Below are positions 60,895-64,000 of a stretch of 64,000 bases of DNA, piece by piece. Both the position numbers and the translations under genes were made by a program. Position 1 is the stretch's first letter. Every line of letters starts with the position of its first letter. The stretch lies in contig CP084167.1 in NCBI GenBank assembly GCA_021513715.1, positions 416,001-480,000 on the forward strand, read 5' to 3'. Source of the DNA: Candidatus Heimdallarchaeum endolithica. Lineage in GTDB: Archaea; Asgardarchaeota; Heimdallarchaeia; Heimdallarchaeales; Heimdallarchaeaceae. Under the pieces are notes generated by a model. That model saw only the letters and a list, made by a program, of their open reading frames with translations. It did not search any database and was not told the DNA's origin.

Positions 60895-62313
60895 ATGATA
60901 CCTGGAACACTTAGACCTTTACCGAAAAGATTAGCTAAAGTAAAAACAGAAGCTGAAAGGCTTTTTAGAGCAGTGGACTATGATTATGAGACTATTAAAG
61001 AAATATTGAAGTCTAGTAAAAATTTTGAATTTGAAGAAATAAGAAGACAATATATTAATTGTTTGAATCATCATATAAGAATAGTTCCACTTGTAAAAGA
61101 AGCAGATAAATTGTTAGTTAAATACTCTAGAGATCCACTTCTAAAAGAAATGGTTTTCAAATTATTTGATAAGTTGGAAAAATATGAATATAGATTGAAT
61201 GCTGATGTTCAACGACTTGATACTATTTTAATGTCAAAAAGAAAAGAATACATAAATAAAACAATTCCACTTATAAAATCAGAAATAAAAAGCAAATTAT
61301 CTTTCTTAAGAGACCTAGATTTTGAGCAGTTACTAGCTGATAGTGAAAAATATTCAGCTATTATTTCAAGCATAGTAGATCGTGTAGATATATTAAAAGA
61401 CGAATATCAAAAATTAATCGAAAATGCTCTTGAAAGCGCAGTAGAAGCATATAAAGAGCTAAAAGAAAAACTAGATGAATTAGAAGATGAACTGAAAGAA
61501 TATGTTCTTATTCTTGCTACTTGTAAAATGGAAATGCTAACTAATGAATCAAATGCCTTACTTGAAGAAGGTGTAAAAATTTTTGAACGTTTTGAAATTG
61601 AACAAACAACAGAACTTATTGAAGAAGCACAGGTTTATTTGGATAAAGCTAAACCAACTCTCAAAGAGATGAAAGAATTAAGGGTTGACATTCCTAAAAG
61701 AGCAATGAAAAAGAGTTTTGAAACAAAGTTTCAAGAACTAAGAAATAGATTTGATGAAAATAAGTTCACACTTGATGAATTAATTACTAATATAAAATCA
61801 AGAAATAGACTTCTATCCACAAATATTGAAAGAATTGAAGCACTAAAAGAATTAGCTAAATCAATGTCCAGTGATATAAAAGAAACAGGAGAAATACTAA
61901 AAATAAAAAGAATGGGTACATTTAAACTATATTTAAAAGAAAATCTTATTCCTCACATGAATCTGCAAGAGAACGGTATAGTAAAGATACCAAAAACAGA
62001 AGAACTTACAACAACTTTCATTGATGAAATAATCTTGACTCTTGAAGATCTAGATAGTAAAAATATAGTCGAAGATTGGTTTAATGCTTTTAGAGCTACA
62101 AAAATTGGTAAGTGGATATATGAAACTTCTGTTAAGATTAAAAATAAAACTGTGGAAATAACAAAGAAGATTGTAGAAAAAACTAAGATATTATTACAAA
62201 AATTAAAAGAAAAAATTAAGCAATGGATACAACAAATGAAAGAAAAAAGAAAACAGAAACAATTAGAGAAACAAAAACAAACAGAAAATCCAAAACCAAA
62301 GGAAAAAAAGTAA
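60895..62313 (+). CDS. Hypothetical all-alpha coiled-coil protein
   Basis: E/K/L-rich heptads, basic amphipathic C-terminal helix. Confidence 0.75.
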   Translation: MIPGTLRPLPKRLAKVKTEAERLFRAVDYDYETIKEILKSSKNFEFEEIRRQYINCLNHHIRIVPLVKEADKLLVKYSRDPLLKEMVFKLFDKLEKYEYRLNADVQRLDTILMSKRKEYINKTIPLIKSEIKSKLSFLRDLDFEQLLADSEKYSAIISSIVDRVDILKDEYQKLIENALESAVEAYKELKEKLDELEDELKEYVLILATCKMEMLTNESNALLEEGVKIFERFEIEQTTELIEEAQVYLDKAKPTLKEMKELRVDIPKRAMKKSFETKFQELRNRFDENKFTLDELITNIKSRNRLLSTNIERIEALKELAKSMSSDIKETGEILKIKRMGTFKLYLKENLIPHMNLQENGIVKIPKTEELTTTFIDEIILTLEDLDSKNIVEDWFNAFRATKIGKWIYETSVKIKNKTVEITKKIVEKTKILLQKLKEKIKQWIQQMKEKRKQKQLEKQKQTENPKPKEKK

Positions 62314-62468
62314 GAAAAATAATCTAAAAATTTTATTTCTATTTTTTTTCTAAATTTATTGTTTAAATTAGGTGGAAATAATAAAAACTTGTATTTTTAT
62401 TATTTTATTTACTGATTCTTTGAAAAAATTTTTGCCAAAAAAAATAAATATTTTATTATAATTATGTA

Positions 62469-62702
62469 ATGTGCATTATAATGACTTCAGATTCATATTG
62501 TAATTGTATGGTGAGGTTTAGTTGGCCTAAATGGCTAGTAGCCATAGGACAAATAGCTTTAGGCTTTGGAATTTTATTGTTAATCATATTTTCTATCATT
62601 TACACAAAGACAAGTTGGGAAAAATTTTCTCTTTATGGTATCTATGTGGGAGCAGGATTTTTACTTCTTGGAGCACTTATCTTATCAAGCAATGAATGGT
62701 AA
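62469..62702 (+). CDS. Small 2-TM membrane protein
   Basis: Two hydrophobic helices. Start probably ATG 62508. Confidence 0.6.
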   Translation: MCIIMTSDSYCNCMVRFSWPKWLVAIGQIALGFGILLLIIFSIIYTKTSWEKFSLYGIYVGAGFLLLGALILSSNEW

Positions 62703-62725
62703 GTAAAAAAAGAAGAAGTAAAAAT

Positions 62726-64000
62726 TTAGAAAAATGCAAACTTTATAAACAAAGGAAGTAGAGTGATCGAAAGTATATTTTGAAGTTTAATTAGAATATG
62801 TAAAGAGGGACCAGCTGTATCTTTAAGAGGATCACCTACAGTGTCTCCTATTATTGCTGCATCATGAGTATCAGTTCCTTTTCCTCCAAAGTTACCAAGT
62901 TCTATGTATTTCTTTGCGTTATCCCATGCTCCCCCAGCATTAAACATGAACATCGCTAATATTCCTGAAACAACCTTTACTGCAACAAGATAAGCTGCTA
63001 GATACCAAACTCCAACGAGAAAACCCATTATTATGGGAGTAAAGATTCCTATTAAAGTAGGAACAATCATTTCCTTTAAGGCATTTGTTGTGCTTATTCC
63101 GACACAACGAGAATAATCTGCTTTTGTTTCTCCTTTCAATATTCCAGGATCTTCTTTAAATTGCCTTCTTACTTCATCAGCCATTTTGAATGAAGCTCTT
63201 CCTACTGCTTTAATGATTAGAGCAGAAAAAAGAAAGGGCATAGTTGCTCCAATGAATATAGCAGCAATACCGATAGGGTTTGCAATATTAACAACAAGAT
63301 TAGATAAATTAGATGCATCTATCCCTTTTAATTCAGCTGCTTGTGTAAGAAAAGCAAATAGAATTACAATGGAAGTCAATATACAAGTTGACATAGCATA
63401 ACCTTTGGTTATAGCTTTAGTAACATTGCCTACTCCATCTAATTCTTCTAATGCAGAACCTACTTCTTCATTTATACCTGACATTGTAGCTATACCTTCT
63501 GCATTATCTGCAATAGGTCCAAAAGTATCTGAACTCATTATTATTCCAGTAGAAGCAAGTACTCCCATAGTAGAAGCAGCTACACCGAAAACACCAAGCA
63601 TTCCTCCTCCCATAATGAAAAAGGATGCAACTGATACTCCTGCTACAACTATTAAAGGAATAACAGGACTTTCAAGCCCATAAGCTAGACCAATTATTAT
63701 ATTTAAAGCTGAACCACTTTGAGAACTTTTAGCTATTTCTTTTGTTACTCTTCCTCCTGTAATCGTATAATAATTTACAAGCATAGAAACCACAAGAGTA
63801 AGTACTAATCCTAAACCCAAAGTGTAGAACAATCTGATGTCTTTCATTAACCAGAAAGAAATAGCAAAAAACCCAGCTAAAGAAATAAGACCTGCAACCA
63901 TAAATGACATATAAACATTAGTACTTGTTTTTCCTTTAGTTGCACGAACAAAAAAGACACCAATAACTGAACCTATTATTCCAACAGCTTCAATTAGAAG
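62726..64000 (-). CDS. hppA: Membrane-bound H+-translocating pyrophosphatase, K+-independent type (5'-partial)
   Basis: DTFGPIADNA, GNVTKAITKG (Lys at the K+-determinant position), GGAWDNAKKYIE, GDTVGDPLKDTAGPS. Frame stays open to the window end. Confidence 0.95.
   Translation of the reverse strand, partial: LLIEAVGIIGSVIGVFFVRATKGKTSTNVYMSFMVAGLISLAGFFAISFWLMKDIRLFYTLGLGLVLTLVVSMLVNYYTITGGRVTKEIAKSSQSGSALNIIIGLAYGLESPVIPLIVVAGVSVASFFIMGGGMLGVFGVAASTMGVLASTGIIMSSDTFGPIADNAEGIATMSGINEEVGSALEELDGVGNVTKAITKGYAMSTCILTSIVILFAFLTQAAELKGIDASNLSNLVVNIANPIGIAAIFIGATMPFLFSALIIKAVGRASFKMADEVRRQFKEDPGILKGETKADYSRCVGISTTNALKEMIVPTLIGIFTPIIMGFLVGVWYLAAYLVAVKVVSGILAMFMFNAGGAWDNAKKYIELGNFGGKGTDTHDAAIIGDTVGDPLKDTAGPSLHILIKLQNILSITLLPLFIKFAFF

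Noticed and set aside
4191-63683. Numerous short antisense or alternate-frame ORFs (e.g. 6086, 6261, 12949, 14940, 42142, 43875, 60036, 63405)
   Set aside because: They are shadows of longer, well-supported genes or of their repeats, with no independent motifs

Overview
AT-rich archaeal chromosomal segment. It is most likely from an Asgard archaeon (Heimdallarchaeia-like), inferred from gene content (Mtd, MfnA, phosphopantothenate synthetase, NurA-HerA-Mre11-Rad50, geranylgeranyl-reductase-like protein) and from the giant repeat-rich membrane proteins. Housekeeping and metabolic genes include a sugar-utilisation cluster (GH2, MFS, GH127), CoA/pantothenate genes with an ECF transporter, MtnA, a GT2 synthase, a double-strand-break repair operon and a K+-independent H+-PPase. 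Interspersed are three paralogous giant receptor-like proteins (FG-GAP propeller, DxDxDG Ca-binding stalk, TM helix, modular cytoplasmic tail ending in a shared IDxLLxx[YF]xx[WY]..GKK motif), two frameshifted IS elements and a restriction-modification locus with a dead endonuclease. The main unannotated signals are: (1) an exact 37-bp repeat / 39-bp spacer / 37-bp repeat inside the endonuclease pseudogene, resembling an off-target Cas1-Cas2 spacer integration; (2) the modular receptor family with an apparently unnamed 14-aa cytoplasmic repeat; (3) a fossil duplication of the GH2-MFS cassette with reciprocal gene loss flanking one receptor gene; (4) recurrent 5-nt duplication-type frameshifts and a purine-to-pyrimidine skew switch in both IS elements; (5) three alpha/beta hydrolases with a Cys nucleophile. 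No rRNA, tRNA, cas genes or canonical CRISPR array were recognised. All family assignments come from motif recognition by eye, not from database searches.
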